Virus record (IMG/VR): IMGVR_UViG_3300026522_000023
Span: 61,781-125,780 of that record
Direction: 5' to 3' (one strand)
DNA: 64,000 bases
DNA from: a virus
Lineage: Duplodnaviria; Caudoviricetes
Below, piece after piece: positions 1-15,900 of the stretch (positions within the stretch are counted from its first letter, which is position 1; every line of letters starts with the position of its first letter). The position numbers and the translations under genes are program-made. The notes under the pieces were generated by a model that saw only the letters and a program-made list of their open reading frames with translations, did no database searches and had not been told where the DNA came from.

Positions 1-1440
1 TCCTAATGTATCTTGCGGAGTTAATGTAACATTTAAAAGTCTAACAATAAAATTACCTTCTGCCGGAGATTTAAATAATTTAGGCTTTCCGTTAGTTAAA
101 AATTCTAAAACTTTAGTTTTAAATTGACGCTCTATATTATAATTATAATCTGTTAAATCAGTGCTAGTAAAATCCTTTATTTCATCATTTCCTAATTTAT
201 TTATAAATAAATGACTTTCATCTTGTAAATAAGAAATTAGCCCACCAATAGGAAATTCATGATAATAAGTATTTCCATTACGGAAAATATAAGGATATTG
301 ACTTCCTATAGTATCCATTTTAGTTTCTAAAGTATTAATTTTAAAACTTTCTACTTTAGGATTAAATCTAATTTTTAACAATCTACCATTTTCATATAAA
401 AAGCTATCTTCAAATATACTATAAATTATATTAGATAAAATTTTATTTGAACGCAAAGAAGTTGCATCACTATACTATTGAATAGCATACTGATAAGAAA
501 ATCCATGCTCAACAGTAAAGTCTTTATATAATACACGACTAGGCGCTTCACCAGTTAATTTAAATTTAAGAATAGGATTCCAAGAACTATAGTTATCTTC
601 ACTACTAGCTCTTAAAAGAATAAAAGCTCCAGTAGCAGGAATCTCTGATTTAGTAGCAGCATCTTTAATACCTTTTAAATTAATTTGCGCAAATCCATTA
701 TTTTCATCCATAACTGCTTGTAAAGTAGCACGAATTTCAGGGTCAATCGTTTCTCTATTAATAATACGATATTCAGGACTGGCGGCTTCATAATTATTAA
801 TTGTAGTAACTTTATACTAAATATAATAATTCTTACCTTTAATTAATTCTTTATTTAACTCAAAACTATCATATGACTCATATAACTGTTCATCGTTGAT
901 AGTGTTATGTAGCTATTCTCCAGAAGTAGCAAATATATTGTGGTATTCATCATATACAATAAATTGATAAGAATAAACTCTTTCAGTTACATCACCATTA
1001 TATTGACTATAATGACCAATAAAATTAGTTTTATTAATACCAATACCACCTGGCTCCAATCCTTCAATTTCTACTTTTGGATCTGTAGTATATTTAGTAA
1101 TACCAACTGTAGAATAATATCCTATAACTTTATTATTATCAATATAAGCTAATTGAACCTTATAAGACTACCCTAAATTTAATTGAAAAGCATTGCCATT
1201 AATTTGCTTAAACTTTAATTGGAAAGTAATTGAGCCACTATTAATAGCATCTTGCGCTTGAGATGAAATAATCTAACCTTGCGCAATTACTACATTACTT
1301 TGTATAGTTTTAAATATATAAGCGAATCCACTAACTTCTGCCGCACTTACAGTTTGATTCATCTGGAACGGAATAGTTAATTCCGTTCCAGTAAATGCAG
1401 GTAGCGTTCCACTTATATAAGGCGGATATAATTTATTCAT
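1..1440 (-). CDS. Tail/baseplate-associated protein, runs off the window edge (TAG=Gln)
   Basis: ATG at 1440 with GGAGG RBS (MNKLYPPYISGTLPAF...). In frame with track ORF 475-711, which ends at TAG. Lies downstream of the large tail gene. Confidence 0.65.
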
Positions 1441-1443
1441 AAA

Positions 1444-1605
1444 TTATTCCTCCTCTTGTTTTTGTTGTGTATTATTCTAACGATAAATGAATTCTTTTAA
1501 ACTTTTAATGCATTCTCCCATTAAAATAGTATCTTCACCTTTCGTAGAAATACAAATTAATGTGTTATATAAAGCATTTAAATAATTTAAATCCTCTTTA
1601 TTCAT
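1444..1605 (-). CDS. Small hypothetical protein, 53 aa (one TAG)
   Basis: ATG overlaps the upstream TAA (TAATG) with GGAGG RBS; MNKEDLNYLNALYNTL...; ends at TAA. Confidence 0.6.
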
Positions 1606-4600
1606 TAGTTTTTTTCCTCCTTTAACTCTTTCACTTGAAGCTTTAATTCTTCAATCTCTTTCATTAAATCTTGTGTGACTGCAATATTTAATGTAAATAA
1701 ACTATTATAATTTAATGATAATAATTGTTTTTCATCTTTTTTTATTAAACTATTATCATTTAAATTATTTTCCTGTAAAATATTCTCAATATCCTAAGCA
1801 ATAAAACCTAAATAAGTTCTATCAGATAATTTATATTTATAACTAACAGGTTTTAATTCACTAAATAATTTTTTATAATCATTAATATGATTATAACTAA
1901 TATTAGTTTTTAATCGTTTATCAGATTTTACACTAATTTCTTCGCTAGAGAAACACCCTGAACCTGTTACATAAATCTAATTACCATAATAATAAATAGA
2001 AGCACCACTATTAGAAGCAGCAACATATCCTCCATTAGCAGCATACATCTAAATACCTCTTGTACTTCCTGCTCCGCTACTACCTACATAAGAATACTCA
2101 ATTCCACCATAGCCGCTACGATAAGAATCTAATTTTGAAGCTAAACCATTAATTGCACTCTATGCCTAAGAAGCAGCACTCTATGCCTATTGAGCTGCAC
2201 TAGCAGCAGCATTAGCAGCCTCTTTAGCATCTTCAGCTGTCGTCTATAAATATGTTAAAATTGAATTTAATGAAGTAGTATCATTATTATCAAACCAACT
2301 TAAACGCCCATTTTTATATTTAATATAAATATCTCCATTGAATGTTCCTGTATTAGCCCACACATACCCATTATTTAAATCAATCTTCATACCAATTTTA
2401 CCATTATCAGCATAATTTTTTGATTGTAAATAATAACTATTATTACCAACATTCATTAAAGTATCATATCCAACTGGATCTCGAATAGTCAAATAATTTG
2501 TGCTATTAGCACCGCTATTAATTGTAAAAACTGAACTGCCTTTTATTTTACAATCTAATAAATTACTCTCTAAATTAAGTAACATACCATTACCATTAGT
2601 AATATCATAAGTAGCAGATTTTAAAAGACATTGATTACCATCTAATATAATACGACCTTTACCATCTTTGCCAAAAAATGCCGTACCATCTTCTCTTAAA
2701 GCGAATGACTATTCTCCTTGATGGAATCCATATATGCCACACTAACCACTAATACTATTATCTGATATTGATTCACCATTAGGGCTCCAATCGCCCATCA
2801 ATACACCAGAAAAAGTATTATCATCATTTTTCTTACCGGCAGCAATCTAACTAGCTAAAATGCTTCCGCTTGCTTCATTTAATACTAAAGACTTACCATC
2901 CCATTTATTTATCATAGATGAAGGATACTTATTCTATAATATTAAAATAGGCTAAGTCCATAAAATATTTCCCTAAGCATTTTTACACTGTACCGCATAC
3001 TAAGGAGCACTATTTACATATATTGCTAAAGGATATAAATATGATTTATTATTAATTACTTTAATAATTCCATAAAAATCAGATTCAGCAGTAGAAGTTC
3101 TTCTATAATAAGTTCTAGAATCAGAACTGCTATATACTTTTTCATAATAATTAATTGTTCTATAAGTAGTAGAAATTAAATTATTATTACTATCCTTTAT
3201 ATAATAACTTTCTCCATCTATCGGATTCCCTACAATATCAGTCCCTAAAGTTTTTTTATAATAATTTAATTTATTAAATATAGAATATACATAATTATTA
3301 TTATTTCCAGTCCTAATATAACAATTACTGTAATCAATAATATCACCATTAGGAATTACTTTATAACTATCTTTACTTGAATCTAATGAATATAGTGATG
3401 GTCCAGTATATATAAATTTATACATAATATTATTTTGTTTAAAATAATAGGTAGATAACCGTACTAAATCATTAAAAGTACAAGTAGTAGTTGCACCATC
3501 AGAACTTTCATCTATTTCAGAAGCATAGTATTCTTTAAAATCATAAGAAATTATTGTATTATTTTTAAAAATATAATAGGTGGTATTATATTTCCATGAA
3601 TTTTTATTAACAGACTAATATTTTGTAAAATATAATTCTTCAAAATCAAAAGGATAAATTGCACTATACTAAAACTAAGAATCGCTAGCTAAAAATCTAT
3701 ATTCTTTTCCAGATTCTAAATCACTTATAGAAGTAATTTTTCCTCCGTTAGTGCCATAAAGATTATTTATTAATTTATTATAACTAATAATAGAAGTCTA
3801 ATTATAAGGTCCGCTACTATTAGCACGCTTAGTATTTTTTATAATATATCTTTTATTAGGAATTTTCTAAATATCAATAATAGATAAATCACTTATTTTA
3901 GAATTTTTATCATAACTAATATCTTTATAAATTCCCTAAAGAGTGCTATAATCTTCATTGGAAACATCATAATAAGCATAATATGGAAATTTATCAATTA
4001 AATTATTAATAGAAACAATTACTTTATTAGTTGCTAAATTATAAAATGTTTGAGCATCATAATAAGTAGAAATATAATTGCCTGTAGCTTCATCCTTCTA
4101 AAAATATAATGTTCTATCTATTAAATTATTAGGAGAAACTAAAGTATATTTTATATCCTAACTACTTTGATAAAAAACAGTACTATCTATTGGCAAATAA
4201 AAATTCAACTAATCAATATCATTTGAACTAGCACTTACGTATAAATATTTACCATTATCATCGCGTATATATCCGCTCGATACTTTTTTATATAAATCCT
4301 AATATTTAAAAAGATAAGAAATTGAACCATTTGAATTATAATAAGTTTCATTATTAATTAAATCCCAATAGCTATTAACTAAAGTATATTTATCTTTGCT
4401 AGGATTTAATCTATAATAAGTCTAAGAAATTCCACTATATACAACTTCTGTTACTCTATCTTCAAGATAATATTTTTTTCCTATGGTCGGACTAGAAACT
4501 AATCTAAAAGTCATATTAGAAGATAAAGTAGTTGGAATATAAATATCTTCTCCATTACTATTTTGTTCTTTATAATAATAAGTTTTATATTTTAATTCTT

Positions 4601-6851
4601 CAGATGTTGGATTACATACCGTATATTGATAACCATTAGAAGCTGGATAAATATCCCAATAAATATCTTGAATCTAAGTTAATTGTTTATCATTACCATA
4701 TAATTGATAAGGTTCTTTAGAAAAAACAGCTTCACCATCACTTAAATAAATTACCTAAGTGGGTCCATTAATATAGCTTCCTTGCCCAGAAGTAATTGGA
4801 ATAGGATAATAAGCAGTTAATAAATAATTACCCCAATTCTATAATGTTACTGATAAAATATACATTTTATTCATTAATGAATTTTTATTTAATACTGCGA
4901 ATGTGATTTCATTAGATTTACCAGCTATAGTCTTTAAATTTACATTAGGATCATCTACATTTAAAGACCATATACAATTATAACCACTTAAATCTATTTC
5001 TTTACCAGTATTATCATATAAAGAAGCTCTAAATTTATAATCTTTAATTTCTCCAGAAGTAATAGCAACAATTGGGTTACCAACTTGATCATCAACTAAA
5101 TCAATAACTAAAGTACAATCAGTACCATTCGTGCCGGCTTGTCCAAATGTGAATTCTTTCTTAGCTGTGTATTCAACATTATCGCGCTTAATTTTCGCAA
5201 TAACTGTATTATTTGATTTATTCGCACTATAAAAATTATTTACTTTATATTTAACTATAAAATCTTTATCATTAGGATTATTAGATTTTATCTAATAATA
5301 ATTATTATCATAATCTGTTAAAATCTATCCTTCTAAAGCAAAAGACATCATACTATTTTTTGGCAACAACCATAATACTTCTTGTGCTTCAGTTAATTGG
5401 CTTTCATTTTCACTATTATTTTCCGTCCCATAAGTTTTAGAATTAAAATATAACTGCATAGAACGAACAATTTTATTATCGACAGTATTTAATAAATAAT
5501 TTGCCTAATCATAAATTAAATAATTACCATTAGTCCCATCAATACAATGAATAGATAAAGCATTTAAAACATCAACTGTCGCATCATTAGGCACTAGCAT
5601 ATCATTATTGAAAGTAATTATATTACTATAATAATATTTATTATTGTATCTAATAATAACCTTATATCGCTCATCTTGCTTTTCCGTCCGAGGAGTAAAT
5701 TCATAATTAAACTAATTAGTATTATCTACGAATGTCCAATAAACACCACAGCGTTCATCCGCAGATGGCGCTCCAAAATCATATCTATACCATAGAATTT
5801 CTGCGCCCGCAGGCAATCTACTAATTTGAGATTTATTATTATCATCATCAAAATGAATCCATTTTAAATGAATAGATTTTTTACTAACCTATCCATTAAT
5901 AACTTTATAATTTAATCCATCATTGGTATAAAGTCTTAAAAATTCTCCATTTATTTCATCTAAACCAATACCAAGACTAAAATAAATATTTTTTACAAAT
6001 ATATTATTTGGCAAAATAGAGGTAATACCAGTAGTTCCCTCTGTTAATTGAGTAGGTATTTTCTTATTATCTTTATCATAAAAATTATCATCCTAATATA
6101 AAAATACCTAAACTTTATCTATGCGCGCAAGAGCGCTAATATCAATAACTATTTCCTAAGAATAATATCCTTCAAAATTATATGGATTACCATACATATC
6201 CGAAGTATCTAATCTTACTTTATAAGTACTAGTAGTAGAATTAAATTTTTCCGCAGTAGTTTCTTTTACCCCAGTAATAGCAATTTCTAAACCATAGTTG
6301 CCTTGAACAGTACCTAACTCTTGAAGCCATGCTCTAAAATCTGCGCGCAATCCTAACCGTGTAAAACCTTGACAACTAGATGAAATTTTTATTCCATTAT
6401 TATTCGAATCCTCTTCGTCTATTGGAGTAATTTCAATAAATCTTTCATCACCATTAGCCAAGATACTCCATAAAGATTTATTATTCTAACCGCCAACAAA
6501 CATATTACCAGTTAAATCAACAAAAGTATTAAAAGGATTTACATAATTATATGGCTTATCCTAGCCTTTATCTTCTTTTTTACCAACTATAAATTTAGTA
6601 TTATTAAAATCACCTTTAGGGATTTGAACATATACTCTATTATTTTTATTATAAGTAGTAATTTGGGAGAAAGCATCAAATTCAGAATATGATTCATTCT
6701 TTACTCTATATTGCCCTTTTAATTTATTACTATCATCAATAATCGTACATTCAATAGTATTATCATAAGTAATCTTATCGACTGCCGATTTGGCAATAAT
6801 AGATATAGCTTCGCATATATTTTCCTGAATATTTGTAGCATTATCAGCCAA
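1605..6851 (-). CDS. Large tail tip/fibre protein with C-terminal peptidase S74 intramolecular chaperone, about 1748 aa (TAG=Gln)
   Basis: Track ORFs 6561-6851, 6156-6461, 3000-3425 and 2244-2585 share one frame and each ends at TAG. C-terminus reads SDKRLKTNI...LKPVSYKY...LGFIA*DIE followed by a coiled coil, the S74 signature. Confidence 0.8.
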
Positions 6852-6933
6852 AATAATCCCTCCTTTTACTCATTATTCTATAAATTAGTGAAAAATTGTC
6901 CTACTTTATTAAATATATCTACCCAAAAAGAAA

Positions 6934-6962
6934 AAGGTGAGATCCATTAAGAATCTCACCTT
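6934..6962 (-). terminator. Intrinsic terminator after the tape measure gene
   Basis: aaggtgagat...atctcacctt stem followed by a U-rich tract on the minus strand. Confidence 0.7.
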
Positions 6963-6966
6963 CATT

Positions 6967-9900
6967 TTATTTACGATTAGCATATTGCGAAGCTACATTA
7001 ATTAATGTGTTAAATGCTTCTTGAATTTCATTCCTATCAGTTACGTTCGGGAAGCTAGCATCAATATGAACCTATTGTTCTAATATATCATTACCAGTTC
7101 CAAAAGTGTTATAAATTGGATTAATTGGCATTGTAGTATATCTACTGCGCAAATCAATCTCAGAAGCAATTTCACGAACCATCTTAATAGAACTTAGCAT
7201 ATTCTAAGTATCTTCTTTATTAAGAACTAATTCTTTTTCATGAAGCATTGCTAATTTACCACTATCGCCCCATTGACCAGTGTAACCACCAGTTCTAAAT
7301 CCTACTGTCTATTTCCATAACCAATCAGGAATCTGAGTAAAATTAGAATATCCAGCAAAAGGACCTTGACCTAAAGTATATCCTTTTTCGTAAAAAGCAT
7401 TAACACGAGCAGTAGATGCCATATCATTATAATTACCTTCTGACATCTTTCTATCACGATATGCTTTATATTTATTATAAAGTTCCGATCCAACAGGTAC
7501 AGTACCCATTAAAGCAGAATAGTCAACACTTGGATCATAATCATCATAATCAGAAGAAGAACTGTTGGAACCCGCATCCATAGACGCTTGCGCGGCAATA
7601 GCCTATTGAATCTTACTAATAAGCTATTCATAATAAGAAATTAAATTCATAATTTCCTATCTCTAACGAGCATAGGCCTCAGTAGCATTACGAACAGCCT
7701 ATAGCTCCTGAGTTAAAGCAGGAACAACTTTATTAATAACTTCATCCTTCAGTTGGTCACTGGCATTAGTAACATCATTAACTTTATTCTTAGTATCAAC
7801 TAAATCTTTACCTACTAAATCAGTAAGTCTATCAGTTTCAACTTGCCATTCTTGGAAAGCATTATTAATCTAACCGGTATAATCAATAATTGCTGTTTTC
7901 CATTGATCACCACTATCAATGATTTCATCATAAGCATTAACCCAAGCATCTTGAACCACACGAGAATCTTCTTCTTGCGCAATTCTATATAAATCACTAG
8001 AAGCTTGAATTAATTGAGTATATTCATCAATAATTCTCTGGCGGTCAGCTTGATAATTACCTTCACGATAAAGAGCATCTTCATTAGCCTTTTCATCAAT
8101 TTCTTTTAACTTTTCAGCTAATTCTTGTTCATATTGTAATTTCTATTGACCATATTTATTAGTAGCATCAAGGCGAATATTATATAAATCATTCTCAGCA
8201 TCAGCTAAAGCTTGCTAAGCATCATCTATCTTATCCTAATCCGCAGTATAAACATAACCAAAATTACCTTCATTATCGCGCTGTAAGCGGACCTTACCCA
8301 TCGCATTTTGAGCTTCATCTAGGGCAATCTAAGCTTGAAGAACTTTATATTTAGCTTGAGCAATATCCAACTCTAACTAACTTAATTTATCTTTTTCTCT
8401 TAACTATTCGATTTCTTTAGAAAATTGATAATATTTATCTTTTGCTGCTTGATTATTAGTTTTATTACTAGCCTTATTAACATCATTAAGTAATTTATTC
8501 ATCTCATAAATTTGGTTAGTCTTTGTTAAATATTCATCTTGATACTTAGACAATCTATCCAAAGAATCATTTAAAGCGTCCCAACCCATACCATCAGTCA
8601 TTGCTTTATTCATATTCTCTGCGGCTTGTTCCATTTTAGTAGTTAAAACTTCCTTAATGGCTTCACCATATGCTTCAGCATCTGACAGCATTTGTTCTTC
8701 TGCCTCATTGAATTTTGCCACAATAGCATCATAATTCTTTTGTAATAATTCTCTTTCAGCGTCATCACTAGCCTAAGCGAGTGCCGCAGCCGCAGCATCT
8801 CTTTCAGCTTTAAGAGATTCATACCAAGCTTTAGAAGTATCAAACTTATTACGTTTTGTCTAGGCATTACCTTCTAATACAGTTAATACTCTCGTATAAT
8901 CTGTATCTCTTCCCAATAGAGAAAGAATAGAACGATAATGGTCTAATACGCTAGTAAGGTGCTCCATCTAATCAGTATATTTAGATAACTCATCTTCAGC
9001 TAAATCTAAGGTATTACCATAGTATTCAAGCATTTCTTTATCTAAATCTTGAACTGCTTGTAAATTATCTAAAATACTATCATAAGCATTTTGAAGACCA
9101 TCAACATAATCTGCCTGTGTAATTTCTCCATTGGCATAAGAACTTTCTAACTTATTATAGAAATCTTCATAAGAAGACATTTTTCCAAAAGTAGGATCAA
9201 TCTAACCTTGTAAATATCCAAAAGCTTCAGCAGCTTTATAAATATTATCAGATAACTTATTAAAGAAATAATCCAATTTCTTTAATTCATTTTCATCAAG
9301 CTAAACTTTATATTCAACTTCTACGGTAAGTTTTTCATAATTTTTAGCCATGATTTCATCTTGATTATCTTCAATCTGATCTTCTAAGTTCTAAATTAAT
9401 TCAAGAGTTTCTTCATACTATTCAATTAACTTTTTGAAATTCTCAAACTTCTGTTGCGCCTCTTCATAGACCTTTTTAGCATCATCTGTTAGTGCTTTAT
9501 TATATGCTGCCTAAGCTTTCTTTACATCTTCATAAGCCTTATTTAAAGTCTATTCTAAATTAACAAAACCATTTTCATTAAATGAGACTTCATATCCATA
9601 AGTATTATTTTGTAAAGCCTATTTATCTAATACTAAATATTCTTTAGCTTTCGCCAATTTCTTTTCATACTATTTATTTTCTTCTTTTAAAGCATTAATC
9701 TATTTCTAAATAGCTGATACTTTACTAGCGCCATATAATCTATCAACAGCCTTACTGAGTTTATCAACTTTACGTGTAGATTGATCAATTGCTTTATCAT
9801 AATCATGATAACGATCTTTATCCTAATCCCAATCTTTTGTATCTTTTTCTTTTTGAGATCCTCCACCACTACCAGGGGGGCCAGTTAAAGCACCTGGAAC

Positions 9901-12900
9901 AGCAGGAGCAACACTATTAGATTTAGCTTTTAAAGTAATACTTTTAATTTTAGCCATTTTATGAGCCCAAGTATTAGAATTAGGGTTCACATTCTATATT
10001 TCTTTCATTAAATTCTATAATTCAATGAAATCACTAGCGTCAAATTCAATATTTGTATTTAATATAGAATTTAGAATGCCTGCCACTTGATTACCTGTAG
10101 TCTATAAAGATAATAAATTATTTATAGCATTAGCAGTATCTAAACTAATAGATCCATCTTTATTAAAATTAGCATTTTGTAAAGTAGATTCTACCTGTTG
10201 GATTAATCCAGTACATTGACTAGCATCTACACCAACTTCAGCAAATGAATTACTAATTGCTTCAGTCATAGTCTAAGCATTAGTTTTACCTAACATAGCT
10301 AATTCAATGGAAGCCTGGCGCTATTCATCTAAAGTTCCTGTTAAATACTATTTAATTAAATCCCAATGTCCCTTAACAAAATTAGCATCATAATCAAAAT
10401 CTGCTCCAAAAATATCTTTTAAATTTTCAGCAATTGAAGTAAGTTTATCAAAACCTTTATCGCCTTCTTGTTCTTCTTTAGTAAGTTTACTAAACTCAGT
10501 CATTAAGTTATTAATATCACTTGCTAAATTAGTTACTTCGATTTCTTCAATAGCTCTTTTATATTTCTAAGCAGCTTTAGTGGCATCATCAGTGCCTTTT
10601 CGAGCATTGGCCATTTCTTTATTATAAGTAGCCAATGCCTATTGACCTTTTAAGGTTTTTTTCGCTATACTATCATACGCATTAATATCATCTTTAGTGA
10701 TCTAGCCTTTACGCTATGCTTTAGCCAAATCTCCTAAAGTTTCTATTCCTAATTTAGAGACTTCCTAGGCTCTAACAGACTCTTCTAAAGTTTTTTTTGC
10801 CTATTCTATTAAATAAGGATTACCTGTTTCTACGGCATTAACATAATTAGTATAAGCGTCTTCACATTCTTCATACTATAAAGCTAATAAGCTAAGGCCT
10901 TTACCATAATCTTCTTCTCCTAATATATCATTAGAAGCAATTTCATTTTTTAAATCTTTAATAGAAGTTACAGTAGATAAGATACTTGTTTTAGCTTCTT
11001 CAGCATTATTATTTTCCTCTTCCATTGCTGAATCCAAATTTTCATAATCTACTGTCATATTACGGACAGCTCCAGCAATTTCATTTAAAGTATCTTTATA
11101 CATTTGACCATTTTCAGCATCGGCAGCCCAATTGTCAATCTTTCCCTGGTCATAACCCATAGCCTGTAAAAAGTTCAACTACTATTTTACTTTAGAGCCA
11201 TCATATGAATTATCATCAACTTTATAAGCTGATTTACCCAATTCTTCTGTAGTTGTCCCTTGTAAAGCTTGAGTAGCATTTTCCTTCTATGTTTGTAATT
11301 CCACAGCTTTAGACTAAGCATCTTTATAAGCCTATGTAAATTCATCGCGTCTTTGACGCATAACAATATCATAAAAAGCTTTAGCATCTGTAGTTAATTT
11401 ATAAGTGCCATCGGCCATTTTAGTAAAATACTAATCAGCTCCATCACCCAATTTAGCATAATCTTCTGGTGAAATAGTATCTCCTAATTTAAGATTTTTT
11501 ACTATATCATTTATTTCTTTAAAATTAGACTATGCTTTAGATAAAGCATCTGAATCAGCAATTTTATAAATTTCATCCATCTAAGTAATAAATTTACTTA
11601 AATCTATACCTGCTGTAGCAACTCCAACATTATTTAATGCGGATTGAAAATCTTTTAAAGAAGTATCACTAGACCAGTCAATATCGCCAATAACTCCAGC
11701 AACTTTACCAGCATCATCACCAAATTGATTAAGTAAATTATCTATTACATTTAAGCCTTCAGTACCAAATTTATTAAAAATTGCTTCATAAGTCTAAGCA
11801 AATTCAGCTATCTAACTACCACTAATGCCATTATATTTTAGTCCTGTTTTATCATCATTAAGTAATAATTCATCAAATGAATTAGCTAATATGCTATTAC
11901 CTTCTGTATCAGTACTATTCTCACGCCATTTTTTAGAATAAGTTTCTGGATTTAAAGAATCTTCTACTCCTTGTAATCCATCTAAAATAGCCTAACCAAA
12001 CTATGCTCCAGCATCTTCAACTCCTAAAGTGTCTAAAATATTATTAAATTCTTCAGGAGTAAGACCCATTTTTTCAGCCACTATTTTAGCAACATTAACT
12101 CCATTAGTCTCATCACCAATAGCATTCTAAAATTCATTTAACATTTTAGAATCCCATTCTCCCATAAGCTAAGTAACATCAAACTCTTTAGTTTTCTAAT
12201 TAAAATCATTAACCAAAGTAGTTACTTTACCAATTGAGTCTGCGCTAAATTGTGAAAATAGCTATCTAGCTTTATTAGCACTATTACCCATTTGCTAAAT
12301 AGCATCAGAAGCTGCTAATATATTAGCAATTTCATCGCTAGATAAAGTTATTTCTTTACCATCTTTTAAGAATCCAAAAGAACGATTATTATCAGTACCT
12401 TGAACAGCTTTAGCCTAACTTGATGCCGCAAAAATATTCTATCCAGCGTCTTGTAATGCTTTTAAAACATACTAATAAACATCATTTTCAGTACCAGACC
12501 ATCTATTAATGCCACCCAAACTAACAGTTTCCCCTGTAGCTTCATTTACCTAATTAAAAGCATTATTGTGCTCCATTAAGGTCTTATAAAACGCTGTCTA
12601 TGAAGCAATAAAAGCAGCATTTTCCTTAGCGGCAAAATTCTTTTCATCTGAAGTATAATCATCTCCAAGTAATTCATCAGCTTTTAAATTAGCTACTAAC
12701 TCTAATTTAGCCGAAGCTTTATCTGCTTCTGTCGCCATATCTTTAATACTATTTTGCCAAGCTGTTAATTCATTATTAGTAACATTCTATAAATCTATGC
12801 CTAAATTTAATAAATTATTTTTAAATTCTTCTATTGGCATAGATTTACTAAGACTATCTAAATTATCTAAAATAATTTGCTAAATTTCTTTAGAAGTATT

Positions 12901-15900
12901 TAAGCTATAAGCATTACCCTAATCATCATACTAAAGAGTATTATCATAAATTTGATTACTTAAATTATCAGCATCTCGTTTATTTTGAGCCTAAGAATTA
13001 TTATACTAAGCAGAAGCTAAACTATAACTAGCAAGTTGAGCATTTTCATCTGCTTGATTCTATAAAGTCTATAATCCTTTTTTATTAAATTCAATTAATC
13101 CATCTGAATTACGACTATATAAATCACGAATATTTTCTCCTGACAATCCAGAAGCGGCATTCAAAACATTTACCGCGGCTTCATTAGCTTCTAATAATGC
13201 GTCTCGCCATTCTTCTGTTCCGCGCTTGCAACTCTATAATTTTTCAACTGCGCTATCATAAGATTCAATAGCAGTTCTTAAATTATCAGCAGCCTCTTTA
13301 GCTTCCTATTCAGCAGTAGTTAATTCTTCAACGGCCTTTTTAGCTTTTTTTAATTGACCTTCTGGAGATTTTTTATTGGCTTCATCAATTAAAGCAATAA
13401 TAACTCCTAATACAGCGACAATTCCCAATGCAATTAATGTAAATTGCCACATTGCTAAGCCGGCTAAAGTACCCTATTTTACGACTTCCTAACCAAGTAA
13501 TGTAACTCCAACTTTTGCATTTGAAAAAGCAGAAGTGATAGATTGAAGAGCAGGAATTAACATACCTACGCCACCAGTTATAGCTCCAATTTTCTATTCT
13601 GTGGTAGCATTTTCATCATTAAATATTTTAATAATTCCAGTAACTTGACTATAAATCTATCCCATTGCCATAATAGCACTAGCAGCTCTATTTATAGCCT
13701 CTCCATAACCAATAGTTTTAATTCGGGCCTAATCCATTAAATTTCCATGATTTTGAACTACCTACCCTAATTTTTCAGCCTCAGCTTTAGCCTACTCTGA
13801 TTTAATACCATATTGTTCAATAGCATCTATATATGGCTATATCTTCTATTTAGCTTCTTCTGCTGTAAAGCCGCTTTTAGTTAGTGATGTTATTAAACTA
13901 CCTTCAATTTTTTGCTTACTTTTATCAGCACTATTAATAATTTTTTCAATAGTATTATTTAAATCTTCAATACTAATATTTTCAATAGGCTATGACAATT
14001 CTTTCCATAATTGCTTAGCCTATCGCTCAGATAAAGCAAAAGCTTCTTGTAATTTTTTCTATGCTTCTATCTAAGTATCAGTAACATTATTTTTATCATC
14101 TACTTTAATATTAGCTGAATTAATTATTGAATTTTTTATTTTTTGAGCTAATTTTTTAGATTCTTCACTACCTTTTTCTAATCCCTATTGATTAAAAGTC
14201 TATTCTTCCAATCCGCTGAAAATAGAATAAGTTTTAGATTTTTTCTAATAAACATTTAGCTATCTTTTAAATCCATTTCCATCAAAATCAGTTGATTTTG
14301 TTTCCTAAGCTTTACGCTAAGCAGCAATTTCTAAGGAAATTTTTTCTTTAGAAATTTGAGTTTCAAGCTTCTCTAATTCTTCTCCTCTTTTTGCTACAGA
14401 ATCAGCAAGAAGACGATTTCTATCCATTAAAATCTAATTGACTTTCTATTCTTCTGCAGTCATATTATCAACATTTCTTAAATAATCTAATTGATTCTAA
14501 GCTACAAGAGAATAAGCCTAAGAGGTATATTCACCAGATATTCCTCCAGTATCCATATATCCTTCAATAGTCAATTTATTAGCTTCCTTTTTCATATCTT
14601 CTAACTTGCTACGACCAGTACTAGTTAGACCTTTAATATTAAATATTAAATTAGAAAAACTTTCAGCTATCTATTTAGAAAATACTCTAGTTACAATAGA
14701 GCCAAGAGATAAAAGTAATCCTTTTATTCCTCCCATACCTTTTATAAATCCATTAACTCCATCTAATAATGTACTAATACCATTATTAAATTCGATAAAG
14801 AATTTATCATTAATTAAAGATTTATAAATAGCTTCAGCAGAGGCTTGTACTCTATCTTTAGCAGCATCCCAAGATTCAGCATAAATATCTGCTTGTTCTT
14901 GTAAAGAACCTTCAGAATTCTTAGCACGTTCAACATTCTCTTTATAAAAATCATAATTATTCATTAATGTCATTAATTGAGTATATTGACGCACACCGGC
15001 TACAGTCTATGCTAAAGCCATCTAAGTATCTCTACTCCAAGTATTCCACTTAGTACCCATTTCATCTAAGATAACATCCATATCTTTTAATTGGCCATCA
15101 GTGTCTTTAATTTCAATACCAACTTTATGTAAAGCAGTAGAATACTTATTTAAATCAGTACCATCATCTAATGTCTTTCCTAGTTTCAAACCTTGAATAC
15201 GAGAGAATAAAGTCTTTAAAGCAGTACCAACTATATCAGCACTTTCACGAGTTGTAGCTGTAATCGTAGCTAAAGCTGCTGCCGCATTATCAAAACTTAA
15301 ACCAATAGTACTAGCAACTGAGGAGAACTTCTATAAACCTTCTGAAATTTCACTACTACTAGACGCGGTATCAGCACCCAAACGCACCATCGCATCAGCA
15401 TAATGTTCCAAAGATTCAGAACCATCATAAAAGTTATTCCATACAGAAGTTAATTGATCAGAAATAGTGGTAGCACTTTCCCTAGCAGCATTAGCCATTT
15501 TTAAAGTGACTTCTGTTCTATCTTCTACCTCTTTATCACTTAAACCCTATTGATAGTAAATCAAAGAAGCATTAGTATAATCTAATGTAGTTGCACTTAA
15601 TGCTTTCGCAGCTTTATTTGCTTTCTCAGCAAATTTATCCATTTGTTCAACACTCGCACTAGATACAATACGAATATTATTCAATGATTCATTTAGATCT
15701 TGCGCGTAGTAATAAGCATGCTGAATTGCTCCTATAAAGGAGTGCATCGCACTAGAAGTTAATTGCCATCTAGCTGTATTCTTCATAGTAGTCCATAGCT
15801 CAGACATTAAACTACTAGTTCTCTTTAAAGGAACTTCTGCTAAAGTAATTGCTTTGCTTAAATCAGAAAAAGCCTTCTATCCTTCTGGACCTAATTGATA

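Noticed and set aside
1605-6851. Diversity-generating retroelement target in the tail gene
   Set aside because: No reverse transcriptase gene or template/variable repeat pair was seen in this window.
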